Source: a virus | IMG/VR virus record: IMGVR_UViG_3300031857_000105 | Coordinates: 1 to 64,000 of that record | Strand: one strand, 5' to 3' | DNA: 64,000 bases | Shown: positions 40,540-49,835 of the stretch, piece by piece | Position numbering within the stretch: position 1 is the first letter of the stretch | Layout of the letters: the number at the start of each line of letters is the position of its first letter | Notes under the pieces: generated by a model | What the model was told of the DNA's origin: nothing | Databases searched by the model: none | What the model saw: the letters and a program-made list of their open reading frames with translations, nothing else | Translations under genes and position numbers: made by a program

Positions 40540-41158
40540 ACAACTAGTAATCCCAGCAGAAAATTCATTTATAGGATCTTGGTTCTTAGAAGATATGTCT
40601 TTGTGCGACGATATGATACATTACTTTGAAACTTCTCCAGATAAATTAGACGGAGTAGTATATAGAGACGGCCAGCTAATTGTTGACAAATCAGAAAAAG
40701 ACTCAAAAGATATAATGTTAGATTTTAAGGAAGAAATTACAAAACGATATGTTCGAGAACTGCAAAAAGTTTTAGAAATGTACAAAATAAAATATGTAAG
40801 ATCGGATAGTGTTGGAAAGTTTGGTATAGAATCTATAAATCTACAAAAATATGGGCCTAATGGCGGATACAAATTTTGGCATGCTGAACGAGCAGACGGC
40901 CATCCACCTAGTGTTTATAGACATTTAGTCTTTATGACATACTTGAATACAGTTAGTGACGAAGGCGAGACAGAATTTTTCTATCAAAAAGTTAAAGTAA
41001 AACCGCAGAAAGGGCTTACGCTAATTTGGCCATCTGACTGGACCCATACGCATAGGGGTATTCCTTCTATGACTCAAACCAAATATATTGCCACGGGCTG
41101 GTTTACTTTCTTAAATAGAACACCGGGTGAAGAAGTACAAGCAGATAAAAATATTTAA
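40532..41158 (+). CDS. 2OG-Fe(II) oxygenase, prolyl-4-hydroxylase-like (HxE)
   Basis: QKY.P.GGY..WHAE...R.LVFMTYLN....GETEF..Q...KP.KG...IWP.DWTHTHRG...KYIATGW. Confidence 0.9.
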   Translation: MNRQLVIPAENSFIGSWFLEDMSLCDDMIHYFETSPDKLDGVVYRDGQLIVDKSEKDSKDIMLDFKEEITKRYVRELQKVLEMYKIKYVRSDSVGKFGIESINLQKYGPNGGYKFWHAERADGHPPSVYRHLVFMTYLNTVSDEGETEFFYQKVKVKPQKGLTLIWPSDWTHTHRGIPSMTQTKYIATGWFTFLNRTPGEEVQADKNI

Positions 41159-41169
41159 AGGGAAAAAAT

Positions 41170-41799
41170 ATGGCGAATATGGTTAATGGATTGTTTACTG
41201 GGGAGATTCAACCCTCATCGACAATTTGCGGTTGTATAGCCATATACAAAAATTTATGGCCTAACCCCGATGCAACTGTTGATTTAGTTAATTATCAGTG
41301 TAACGGTTTTGAAGGAGAAGTATTTTATGAGAGAGCAGGTACTGTAGGGTTAGGCGAAAATCAAAGACACAGGACTAACAAAGTGTTGTCTCTTACTAAC
41401 CGAGCAAACTTTAGTGATAATAAAGCACTACAAAGTGTACATAACCAATTTTATATGATGTTATTAGCCACAACAATTCCCTACGCTAGAAAATTTAATA
41501 TTCATGAAGGCTTGTGGCACGAGTCATACAGCATGTTGAGATATGATGTAGGCGAAGAATATAAAGTTCATTATGATTCTTCAAGTAGTATGGGCAGAGT
41601 AATATCAGCAATATGTTATCTTAACGATGATTTTGAAGGTGGCGAATTAGAATTTCCTTACTTTGGTGTTAAAATTAAACCAGAGAAAGGAATGTTAGTA
41701 TTATTTCCATCTAATTTTGCTTATGCACATATATCAAATCCTATTATAACAGGTTCTAAATACGCTCTAGTTACATGGATTAAAGATCGAGAATTGTAA
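41170..41799 (+). CDS. 2OG-Fe(II) oxygenase, prolyl-4-hydroxylase-like (HxD)
   Basis: LRY..G..Y..HYD....R.IS...YLNDDFEGGEL.F...FPSNF.Y.H...P...G.KY..VTW. Confidence 0.9.
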   Translation: MANMVNGLFTGEIQPSSTICGCIAIYKNLWPNPDATVDLVNYQCNGFEGEVFYERAGTVGLGENQRHRTNKVLSLTNRANFSDNKALQSVHNQFYMMLLATTIPYARKFNIHEGLWHESYSMLRYDVGEEYKVHYDSSSSMGRVISAICYLNDDFEGGELEFPYFGVKIKPEKGMLVLFPSNFAYAHISNPIITGSKYALVTWIKDREL

Positions 41800-41816
41800 A
41801 CTAACAGGAATTAAAT

Positions 41817-42371
41817 ATGGAACATGATTGGATAGTTTGTGACACACTGTATGATCTAGCAGATTGTATAGAAATAAAAAAAACGTGTGTAAAAAACATT
41901 GATGAGAACATTATCGACGGGCCAGCGCACAATACCGTTAAGACATCTGAAGTTAAATTACTAAATTATAGACATGTTAAAGATGCCTTAGAACCTGCTC
42001 ACGAATTTGTGTTGCATATTAATAAAAATTATTTTGGATTAGATATCCATAATGTATGTGACGGAGATGTAGTATTACTTAACACATACGATTCAAAAAA
42101 TAAAGCATCGTACGAATGGCATAAAGATGTAGCGTCCACTACCCAATTGTTTGATTTTAAATTAACAATGTTAATAAATTTATCAGATGGAAATTACGAA
42201 GGTGGAAATTTGCAAATTTTTACCACTGGTGGCGAACAAACAATAGACAGTTTTAAGCAACCCGGAGCCGTGTGCATTATTCCTTCATGGGTTCCTCACC
42301 GAGTAACTAATGTTACTAGCGGAGTAAGAACTACACTTTCTTATTTTTATACTGGACCCAAAATTAGATGA
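41817..42371 (+). CDS. 2OG-Fe(II) oxygenase, PKHD/YbiX-like (HxD)
   Basis: YEWHKD...KLT..INLS...YEGG.L...G....PS.VPHRVT.VTSG.R. Confidence 0.9.
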   Translation: MEHDWIVCDTLYDLADCIEIKKTCVKNIDENIIDGPAHNTVKTSEVKLLNYRHVKDALEPAHEFVLHINKNYFGLDIHNVCDGDVVLLNTYDSKNKASYEWHKDVASTTQLFDFKLTMLINLSDGNYEGGNLQIFTTGGEQTIDSFKQPGAVCIIPSWVPHRVTNVTSGVRTTLSYFYTGPKIR

Positions 42372-42952
42372 TACAAGATAATAATCATGTAAAACTCTTT
42401 TATAGTTTTCTTGACGAAACTACGTTAGATATTAATGTAAACGATTTAGCTGACTATTGCTATTTTGTTAAAAATAATGATGGTGGCAAAGTGTTGAGCA
42501 ATGTTGGAGGGTGGCAAAGTAGTAATTTAGACGTCACAATACCAGAACTTAGACCTCTAATTACCTGTGTTTTAGAAAGAGCCGAAAGCCTAATCTTAGA
42601 ATACGACTTACCTAGAACTTTTAAAATTGATCCAATTTGGATTAACATTAACGAGAAGTATCACTACAATATGATCCATGAGCATCCGAGGAGTCTGCTA
42701 GCAGGTGTGTTTTACGTAAAGGCACCAAAGGATAGTGGAGATTTAGTTTTTGTAAATCCTATTACAACTATGCAACACTATATTGATCAAACACGGATAG
42801 AAAAATATAATCCATTCAACTCTTATAGTTGGGCAATAGAACCAGCTGACAATACACTAGTAATGTTTCCTTCCTGGGTGCCACACTTTACTCTTCCAAA
42901 TTCTTCAAACGAAGACAGAATCTCAATTGCATTTAACATAAGTGAACGCTAG
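42368..42952 (+). CDS. 2OG-Fe(II) oxygenase, TIGR02466-like (HxH)
   Basis: SNVGGWQS, WININ....N..HEHP.S.L.GVFYVK.P..SG...MFPSW..H....N.S.EDRISIAFN. Confidence 0.9.
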   Translation: MIQDNNHVKLFYSFLDETTLDINVNDLADYCYFVKNNDGGKVLSNVGGWQSSNLDVTIPELRPLITCVLERAESLILEYDLPRTFKIDPIWININEKYHYNMIHEHPRSLLAGVFYVKAPKDSGDLVFVNPITTMQHYIDQTRIEKYNPFNSYSWAIEPADNTLVMFPSWVPHFTLPNSSNEDRISIAFNISER

Positions 42953-42953
42953 T

Positions 42954-43718
42954 ATGTTTGATATTTTTATTAAAAAAAGCGAAGTTATTTTAGATTGTTT
43001 CACAAATGTGGGAACAGTATATGATACCGCTAAAATTAATAATGCTGTACATTTTATACCAGACTGGTGGAAAAATACACCTAAAGTACAAGAAGGGTGG
43101 GCTACTATTAAAAATTGCAAAGCCTTTAAAGATTACTATAAACATGGTATTGTGATCCCTTCTTGGTTTGAAATGGAAATTAGCTTCTTTGGTGAAGATG
43201 GTCCGGACGGAAAAGAAATAGGAATAAAATATTCAAACGACAATGTGGATATAACTAAATCACATAATCATTATCAGTTTGATAAGTTTACTCAACACGA
43301 TGGAAAAAATCTAAAGATAATGTCCCCGTGGGCCTTTAGAACTAAAGAAGATATAAAATTTGTATGGAGTCATCCTGCTTGGAATACTAGAGAGTCTATG
43401 TCCTATCTATCAGCCCTTCCAGGAGTAATAGATTTTAAATATCAGCACCATGTTGCTATTAATTTTTTAATGATTCAGCCAATTGAACCTTTATCAATAA
43501 CTGTTGAACCATTAGAACCTTTAGTAATGTTACACCCTATGACTGAAAAACGTGTTGTAATAAAAAATCATTTGATTTCTGATAATGAATACAAACGATT
43601 ATTTGCTATTCAAGATCTAGTTTTAAAAAGAGATGTCGATGACGAAATTAAAGAATATGATAAGAAAAAATCGCTTACAAAAAAAATAGAGAAAATGTCC
43701 TGTCCTTTTAAATACTAA
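42954..43718 (+). CDS. Hypothetical protein embedded in the oxygenase array (not an oxygenase; possible dUTPase-like fold)
   Basis: P.WWK..P....TIKNC..F.DY...G..IP.W...K..SPW.F.T...LPGVIDF...EPL..L.P; no HxD/E..H triad; C-terminal CPF. Confidence 0.6.
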   Translation: MFDIFIKKSEVILDCFTNVGTVYDTAKINNAVHFIPDWWKNTPKVQEGWATIKNCKAFKDYYKHGIVIPSWFEMEISFFGEDGPDGKEIGIKYSNDNVDITKSHNHYQFDKFTQHDGKNLKIMSPWAFRTKEDIKFVWSHPAWNTRESMSYLSALPGVIDFKYQHHVAINFLMIQPIEPLSITVEPLEPLVMLHPMTEKRVVIKNHLISDNEYKRLFAIQDLVLKRDVDDEIKEYDKKKSLTKKIEKMSCPFKY

Positions 43719-43719
43719 T

Positions 43720-44352
43720 ATGAGTACTATACCTAACTATCAATTTGAAAACTTTATTGGCATTTTTGACAATGTCATTGATGATAACGATTGTCAACGC
43801 ATAATTGAACACTTTGAATTAGTGCAGTCCTCAAAGTTAAGTATGTCTAGACAACAGATAAATCCTCAAATTAAAAAAAGCCAAAAAGATACAGACAACT
43901 ATTTTTTATCTGGTACTTCTGGATTTGCTAACCCGCAAGTTGAAGATATAATTTCTTCAGCAGACAGTTGGATATTTGAAAATTTAAAAACAGCAGTTTG
44001 GTCTTGTTATAATTTGTATGCAGATAAATTTGGGGTGTTTAACGACTTGGGAAAACATGCAATTTCAGGTTCGATTAAAATACAAAAAACTGAAAAAAGC
44101 CAAGGGTATCACGTGTGGCATTGTGAAAACGATTGTATAAAAACAGGTAACAGAATTGCCTTGGTTATTTTATATCTTAATGATTTAGATGAAGGCGGAG
44201 AAACAGAATTTTTATATCAGTCTTTAAGGATTGCTCCGCGTAAGGGCAGAATGATAATATGCCCTTCAGATTGGACTCATACCCACAGGGGAAATCCTCC
44301 TCTTAAAGATGAAAAATATATAATTACTACATGGATTGAATTTATAGAATGA
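43720..44352 (+). CDS. 2OG-Fe(II) oxygenase, prolyl-4-hydroxylase-like (HxE), paralog of 40532
   Basis: IQKT....GYHVWHCE...R......YLND..EGGETEFLYQ..R..P..G...I.P.DWTHTHRGNPP...KYI.T.W. Confidence 0.9.
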   Translation: MSTIPNYQFENFIGIFDNVIDDNDCQRIIEHFELVQSSKLSMSRQQINPQIKKSQKDTDNYFLSGTSGFANPQVEDIISSADSWIFENLKTAVWSCYNLYADKFGVFNDLGKHAISGSIKIQKTEKSQGYHVWHCENDCIKTGNRIALVILYLNDLDEGGETEFLYQSLRIAPRKGRMIICPSDWTHTHRGNPPLKDEKYIITTWIEFIE

Positions 44353-44924
44353 AAGATTTTTTAGAAATCAAAGAAGCTACACCAAGAGATAAATTTAATA
44401 AAATACAAGATTTTATTTTATCAGATTCTTTTCCGTGGTTTTATACTGGCACAACAATAAACAATTCATCAGCTGAAACTAACTTTAGTTTTTTTCATAG
44501 TGCATTTCATTACGAAGATGGCTATTCGTTTATAGGAAAAGACCTTGCTGAATTAGTTACAGAATGTATGGCTACAACTGACGTTAAAATTAATTCTCTT
44601 TTAAGATTACGATTAGGACTTATAACTAGTACACCAAGTCAAGTAGTACACACTCCACACATAGATTTTTCATTCCCTCATTATACAGGTTTACTATATC
44701 TTAACAACACAGATGGTGAAACTTTTTTGTATGATGAAAAATACGATACTAATCTAGATAAAAAAAATTATGATAATTTTGTAAGATCTAAAAAAAATAC
44801 AATCTTAACAAAAACAAACCCGGAAGAAAACAAAATATTTGTATTTGACGGATTATATTATCACGCCAGTTCTAGCCCTAGTAGTCATGATCGAAGAGTA
44901 GTTCTTACATTTAACTATGTCTAA
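44349..44924 (+). CDS. 2OG-Fe(II) oxygenase-like (FPWFY family, HxD)
   Basis: FPWFY...LR.RLGL...PHIDF..PH...L.YLNN.DG.T...P.EN....FDG..YHAS..P....R.V..FN. Confidence 0.8.
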   Translation: MKDFLEIKEATPRDKFNKIQDFILSDSFPWFYTGTTINNSSAETNFSFFHSAFHYEDGYSFIGKDLAELVTECMATTDVKINSLLRLRLGLITSTPSQVVHTPHIDFSFPHYTGLLYLNNTDGETFLYDEKYDTNLDKKNYDNFVRSKKNTILTKTNPEENKIFVFDGLYYHASSSPSSHDRRVVLTFNYV

Positions 44925-45450
44925 TACTATTATAGAAAACAGTTTGGTTTTAACTACGGATCAAAAAAACTATATTGATAAAAATATTTTATCTAATAAT
45001 ATTCCTTGGTTTTTTAGTGAAGATTCTGTATATGCAGATCAAAAAAATTACTTTTCACATGTGCTAATTCATAGGATAGAAGATAAAAAAAATTTAGAAA
45101 TTAATTCTCCTCACACACTTTTTTTTGTAGAAATCTTAAAAAAAATCTGCATAGACAACGATGTTACATGTTCTGAAATTCTTAGGGCATCTCTAAACAC
45201 AACATTTGCAAATAATGATACAACTGGAACAGTACACGTAGATCATGAATTTGATCACATGAATTGCATAGTATATTTGTCGTCCGTCGACAATGCAGGA
45301 ACACTTATTTTTGAAAATGATCAAAAAACTATAGCATACAAATCTAATTGTATCAAGTACAGTTATTTGTTGTTTCCAGGATTATATCACGCTCAATTAT
45401 TCCCGCCGCCGGGTACAAGAAGAACAGTTTTTGTAGCAACTTTTAAATAA
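44917..45450 (+). CDS. 2OG-Fe(II) oxygenase-like (FPWFY family, HxD), paralog of 44349
   Basis: IPWFF...ILRASLN....HVDH...H....VYL.....GT.IF....F.G.YHA...P....R.V.V. Confidence 0.75.
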   Translation: MSNTIIENSLVLTTDQKNYIDKNILSNNIPWFFSEDSVYADQKNYFSHVLIHRIEDKKNLEINSPHTLFFVEILKKICIDNDVTCSEILRASLNTTFANNDTTGTVHVDHEFDHMNCIVYLSSVDNAGTLIFENDQKTIAYKSNCIKYSYLLFPGLYHAQLFPPPGTRRTVFVATFK

Positions 45451-45456
45451 TTGGTA

Positions 45457-45906
45457 TTATATTAAATCGACTATATCAAATACAGTTTGTAATTTAGTAC
45501 GAATTGTTTTGTTTGAAAAACTATTACGAAGCCCCTGGTGTAAGGGCTTTGGTGCGTAATCAATAGTTGACCATGCCCAAGCACAATGCTCATCACTTAG
45601 TACAGGAATAAATTCATCTTGTATTACACACAAATATGTGTGAAAATTAAAAACTTTGTCGTTACTAACAAATGTTTCTAACGGAATTGTTTTGATTATT
45701 ACTGGCGAAAATCCTATTTCTTCTTGAACTTCACGCTGTAAACCTTGCCACGGATTTTCGTGTTGTAAGTTTGTCCCCCCAACAAGTCCCCAAGTGCCTG
45801 TATGTTTGCCTTGAGATTTTTGTAACATTAAAAATCTCCGTGTTGATTTAGCGTAGAATAATGCTCCGCTACAAACAATTTTATCTGTTAAAGATCTAGT
45901 CTCCAT
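45457..45906 (-). CDS. Nudix hydrolase
   Basis: Complete Nudix box G-TNLQH-E-NPWQGLQ-REVQEEIGF. Confidence 0.9.
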   Translation of the reverse strand: METRSLTDKIVCSGALFYAKSTRRFLMLQKSQGKHTGTWGLVGGTNLQHENPWQGLQREVQEEIGFSPVIIKTIPLETFVSNDKVFNFHTYLCVIQDEFIPVLSDEHCAWAWSTIDYAPKPLHQGLRNSFSNKTIRTKLQTVFDIVDLI

Positions 45907-47363
45907 GCACCTGCCTTATATTCACCTTCAAACGATTTGGCCCAAAATACGCCATTCCATACATACTGTACTCCTGTATATATATTCGTTTGCCAGATCA
46001 TAGTGTCAGGTTCTTGAGCAGAATCAAATATTACATTCCAAGCCGTTCCAGACCACTCGATAATATCATTAGCTCGAGCAATAAAATCAGCACCCAGTGT
46101 GGATTTCCAAGCATCTGGTCCGTCATCATTAATTTCAGATCCGATGTCTTCGATGATTAAAAATCTATCACCTGCATTAACGTCTTGCATACCGTGTCCT
46201 GGATATACTTTTTGTGGATCAATAATAGCATCAAATTTTCCTCGAGCAGTTGCTTGATTAAATCCCATATCGCCTAACATATATCCGTTAGAGTCGATGA
46301 GCATGTCTTGTGGACGGGTGTCGGTGTCCCACGAAACTGTTAATATTGTTGGATCTAACGGACTAATAGCAACAGTACCAACTACTTCTGTGCCGTTAGG
46401 TTGAACAAGATACAAACTACTAGACCCTGCTGTATATTTTCCAGGATACTGGTCAAATACTGCTTGCCATTCAATTGGAGTTCCTTGACGTACTGGAATA
46501 TCTAATGTGGGTTCACGTGGAATACTACTTTCAGATTTTTGTAATAGTATTGCTTGATTGTTATATACTTGAATATTGTAGTCTGTAATAGTTACAACAT
46601 CGCGAGTAAGCAGTTGACCCATAGTAACTTCAGCACCAGCAAGCGGTTGTCCTAGACCTTCTATGTAAGTATTCTTATCTATAGTTGCGCCGTCATAAAG
46701 ACTAGTAATAATTTTAGTAATAACACCAAGATGTTTAACTTTAACTGGTGGACTGATCCAAATTGGAGTATCGAAATTCAATGACGCGATATCGATAGGA
46801 CTGTCGTTTCCAATAGGAACTGTACGGCTTGACCAATTAACTTGTCCTAAATTTAAAATAGTAAGACTAGTCCAGTCAATATAATTGTCTGTTGTTTGTA
46901 ATTCTAAACTTGGATTAAACAGTACTAGAATTTGCTCCATTAATTGTAATTTTTGCTCAGTGTTTGCAGTCCATATATCACATTTTAAAGACAACTTAAA
47001 TGGAGTTGGCATTAAACGTTCTACAGTATAGTTACGCCCTTGCCCAGTAGTGTATACAGGATTGTCAGGATCTGCATTATTAATTTCGCGCTCACGCACA
47101 TGAACTTTTCCAACATAGCTAGGGTCTCCTAGTCTATTTCTATCTAATTCTAATCCGCTAATGTAAACACTCATACGTGGAACACTATTGATTTTGTTTT
47201 CACTGTTTTGACGAATAATACTAGCAGCTTGTCTGTCAGCATCTCCGTACATAACTGGTACACGTACTAATGTACCGTCACCGTATCGTACTGTAAAGTT
47301 ACTTAATACACGAATAGTCTGTGTAATATAACGTCTAATTTGTCCGTCATAAAAATGTTGCAT
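45888..47363 (-). CDS. gp15: Tail sheath stabiliser/terminator protein with C-terminal extension
   Basis: FYD.QIRRY...F...VP..YG...PRMS.....L..D..R...P.PF.L......W......QL.EQIL..FNP motifs. Confidence 0.8.
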   Translation of the reverse strand: MQHFYDGQIRRYITQTIRVLSNFTVRYGDGTLVRVPVMYGDADRQAASIIRQNSENKINSVPRMSVYISGLELDRNRLGDPSYVGKVHVREREINNADPDNPVYTTGQGRNYTVERLMPTPFKLSLKCDIWTANTEQKLQLMEQILVLFNPSLELQTTDNYIDWTSLTILNLGQVNWSSRTVPIGNDSPIDIASLNFDTPIWISPPVKVKHLGVITKIITSLYDGATIDKNTYIEGLGQPLAGAEVTMGQLLTRDVVTITDYNIQVYNNQAILLQKSESSIPREPTLDIPVRQGTPIEWQAVFDQYPGKYTAGSSSLYLVQPNGTEVVGTVAISPLDPTILTVSWDTDTRPQDMLIDSNGYMLGDMGFNQATARGKFDAIIDPQKVYPGHGMQDVNAGDRFLIIEDIGSEINDDGPDAWKSTLGADFIARANDIIEWSGTAWNVIFDSAQEPDTMIWQTNIYTGVQYVWNGVFWAKSFEGEYKAGAWRLDL

Positions 47364-48940
47364 TATAAATCTGCCTTTGGTCTAAGAGCTTTTGATAAAC
47401 TTTGTCGTTGTGCTTCTCTGTTGTTGCATAGACTTAGTTTCCATAATCCGTCATATGGTAAAAATTCTGAAGCTGTTCCTGTATTATTAATATTACCAGA
47501 ATTTGTAGCAACAAAAGTAGTTCCTACAGTATTAGAAGTTGCACCAAGCAATGTGAAATCTGTATTTCCTAAACTTGTAATTTTATAAGATTTTCCAACT
47601 GTAAAATAACCATCAGAAAATTCTGGAAGTGTAATTCTTACTTTACCAGCATTGTTGGAAATGATACCACTATTTTCTTCAACTACGTATACTATTTCTA
47701 CTGTTTCTAATTTAAAGACAACATATAATGATTCTTGATAATCAATAGGTGTATCGAACACATAGTTGTAATTTACTGGAATAGATGTTGCTGGCGGAAT
47801 AATTGGAGGAGGAAGCTTCAGCCAATCGATTCCAACTGCTTCGTTATAGATATAAGTTGTGTTATTGATAAATCCTGTAGTATGTGTTTGACGAGTATCG
47901 TTGTTAGTCATATTCATACGTACTGCATCTTCTACTTTAATCCAACGTGCTCCGTCAAAGCGGAATAGTCTATTGGGCATAAAATCTGTACGCAAAAAGA
48001 AATCATCTGGGCCTGCTGTTTCTGGAAACTGAATACCGTGTCCAAAGTCGTATCCGTTTTGCGGAAATCCATCGCCAACTAAAAATCCTGTATAACCAGT
48101 TCTAACAGGTCGTTTATTAGACTCTAATGCAGTGATTGAAGTTATACTTGCGTCGAGTGTGTCAGTATCAGAAGTATTAAGAGTAGTTTTACCTTGCTCA
48201 TCCACGGCTAACGTATAAAACTGACGAGTTTCGTAACCGCTTTTTGGAGAGTCTGCTTCTGCTTGTAGTATTACAGCATCGTTGATTTGTAGTTCAGCAC
48301 CACGAGTACTTAAAATATCACGTAGTGTTTTATCAATAGGATTGCCGTTGGCATCAATTGCTGGTTTATCAAGGATGTCAGCAAATTGTTGAGCATCTGT
48401 AATCTTTTTAAGACGCAATCTATACAAGTGTGGATACCAAGTCGCACTAAAACCTTCGCTAGCACGACCCACATCTTCAATAACATAATATCGTGGCAGG
48501 CCAATTTCGTATTCGTTTAACGCAAAATTATCACGTAAATGTGGTAATTCTAACACGTCACCACTTAGGGGTTTTCTGCCAATGTAATTAACAAAATCGT
48601 TAATATGAACAGTCATGTAAATTGTGTCATTGTCAATAAACAGACCAAACTGGCTTAGGTTAAAGTCAATGTTTTGTACATTGTAAATACCGCGAATTCT
48701 GTAAATTTCTTCGCTGTATTTCCTATCGCGATTTTCTAAAAATAACAAATCTTGAATATTTGTTTCTTTCACAGCATCGTATATAGGCTGATCTGCGGTA
48801 CCTTCTGTGGCTATTTTAGGGCCTAGGTACTTGTGCAAGTACACATCCGTGCCGCCAACCTGAAACATCTCAGAAATTTGACGATCCATGAACTTGTAAT
48901 CTTGCCCTCTTTCGGGTTTGTATAATGATAAACGTGGCAT
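47363..48940 (-). CDS. gp14: Neck protein gp14-like with C-terminal extension
   Basis: G.DVY..KY, LSQFGL....D.....H..F......P..GD.LELP; synteny with gp13/gp15. Confidence 0.7.
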   Translation of the reverse strand: MPRLSLYKPERGQDYKFMDRQISEMFQVGGTDVYLHKYLGPKIATEGTADQPIYDAVKETNIQDLLFLENRDRKYSEEIYRIRGIYNVQNIDFNLSQFGLFIDNDTIYMTVHINDFVNYIGRKPLSGDVLELPHLRDNFALNEYEIGLPRYYVIEDVGRASEGFSATWYPHLYRLRLKKITDAQQFADILDKPAIDANGNPIDKTLRDILSTRGAELQINDAVILQAEADSPKSGYETRQFYTLAVDEQGKTTLNTSDTDTLDASITSITALESNKRPVRTGYTGFLVGDGFPQNGYDFGHGIQFPETAGPDDFFLRTDFMPNRLFRFDGARWIKVEDAVRMNMTNNDTRQTHTTGFINNTTYIYNEAVGIDWLKLPPPIIPPATSIPVNYNYVFDTPIDYQESLYVVFKLETVEIVYVVEENSGIISNNAGKVRITLPEFSDGYFTVGKSYKITSLGNTDFTLLGATSNTVGTTFVATNSGNINNTGTASEFLPYDGLWKLSLCNNREAQRQSLSKALRPKADL

Positions 48941-48944
48941 AATG

Positions 48945-48966
48945 ATATTTATCGTAAGATAAATAT
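48945..48966. promoter_or_regulatory. Palindromic divergent late promoter pair for gp14 (-) and gp13 (+)
   Basis: ATATTTATC-gtaa-GATAAATAT perfect inverted repeat containing TAAATA on each strand. Confidence 0.8.
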
Positions 48967-48982
48967 ACTAGGAGAACTTATA

Positions 48983-49777
48983 ATGGCAGATATTTACCCA
49001 ACAAATCCAGGCGAATCCGACAGTACATTAGAGCGTAATAAAGCATTTGATTACGTTAAAACAATGCTGGCTGATGGTATGGTTGAAGTGGAACTTGATC
49101 CTAAACACTACGAAATAGCGTTAGACCGAGCACTTAATAAATTCCGCCAGCGTAGTAGCAATGCTGTAGAAGAAAGTTACATGTTTCTAGAACTACAACA
49201 AGACGTAAATGAGTATAGATTGCCAAACGAAATTATAGAAGTTCAAAGTATTTTTAGACGGGCAGTAGGTTCACGCAGTGGCAATGGAGCAGGCGGCACG
49301 TTGTTTGAGCCGTTCAACTTGGCCTATACAAACAGTTATTTGCTATCAGGTTCTATGATGGGCGGATTAGCAACATACGAACTATTTGCTGGATACCAAA
49401 AATTAGTAGGACGTATGTTTGGCGCATACATTGAATTCAAATGGCGTCAAAGTAATCATATGCTAACAGTATTGCAACGTCCGTTTGCACAAGGTGAACA
49501 AGTTCTATTAAGAACACACAACTATCGTCCTGATTTTGTATTACTACAAGACATATATGCAAAACAGTGGCTATACGACTATACTCTTGCAGTATGTAAA
49601 TTAATGCTAGGTGAAGCTCGTAGCAAATTTGGAAATATTGCAGGCCCAGGAGGATCGGGTATTCAACTTAACGGCGCAGCATTAAAAGCAGAAGGAGACA
49701 AGGAAGTTGAAAAACTCGAAAAAGAAATATACGATTATGTTCCTGGCGGTACACCGTTAACATTTGTAATTGGTTAA
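48983..49777 (+). CDS. gp13: Neck protein (head-tail adaptor)
   Basis: DY....L.......VEL....Y...LD.AL..F; W..DY..A..K...G..R.KF..I.GP.G....LNG..L..E...E...LE. Confidence 0.85.
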   Translation: MADIYPTNPGESDSTLERNKAFDYVKTMLADGMVEVELDPKHYEIALDRALNKFRQRSSNAVEESYMFLELQQDVNEYRLPNEIIEVQSIFRRAVGSRSGNGAGGTLFEPFNLAYTNSYLLSGSMMGGLATYELFAGYQKLVGRMFGAYIEFKWRQSNHMLTVLQRPFAQGEQVLLRTHNYRPDFVLLQDIYAKQWLYDYTLAVCKLMLGEARSKFGNIAGPGGSGIQLNGAALKAEGDKEVEKLEKEIYDYVPGGTPLTFVIG

Positions 49778-49784
49778 AAATCTC

Positions 49785-49813
49785 TTGACCTTGTAATAAA
49801 ACTGTTATATACT
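49785..49813 (+). promoter_or_regulatory. Sigma70-type (early) promoter for dNMP kinase
   Basis: TTGACC-17 bp-TATACT, then SD AGGAG and ATG at 49836. Confidence 0.75.
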
Positions 49814-49835
49814 AGTGGCTCACTAGGAGACTTCT

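Noticed and set aside
38626-45450. Halogenase variants among the oxygenases
   Set aside because: None shows the HxG/HxA substitution typical of 2OG halogenases
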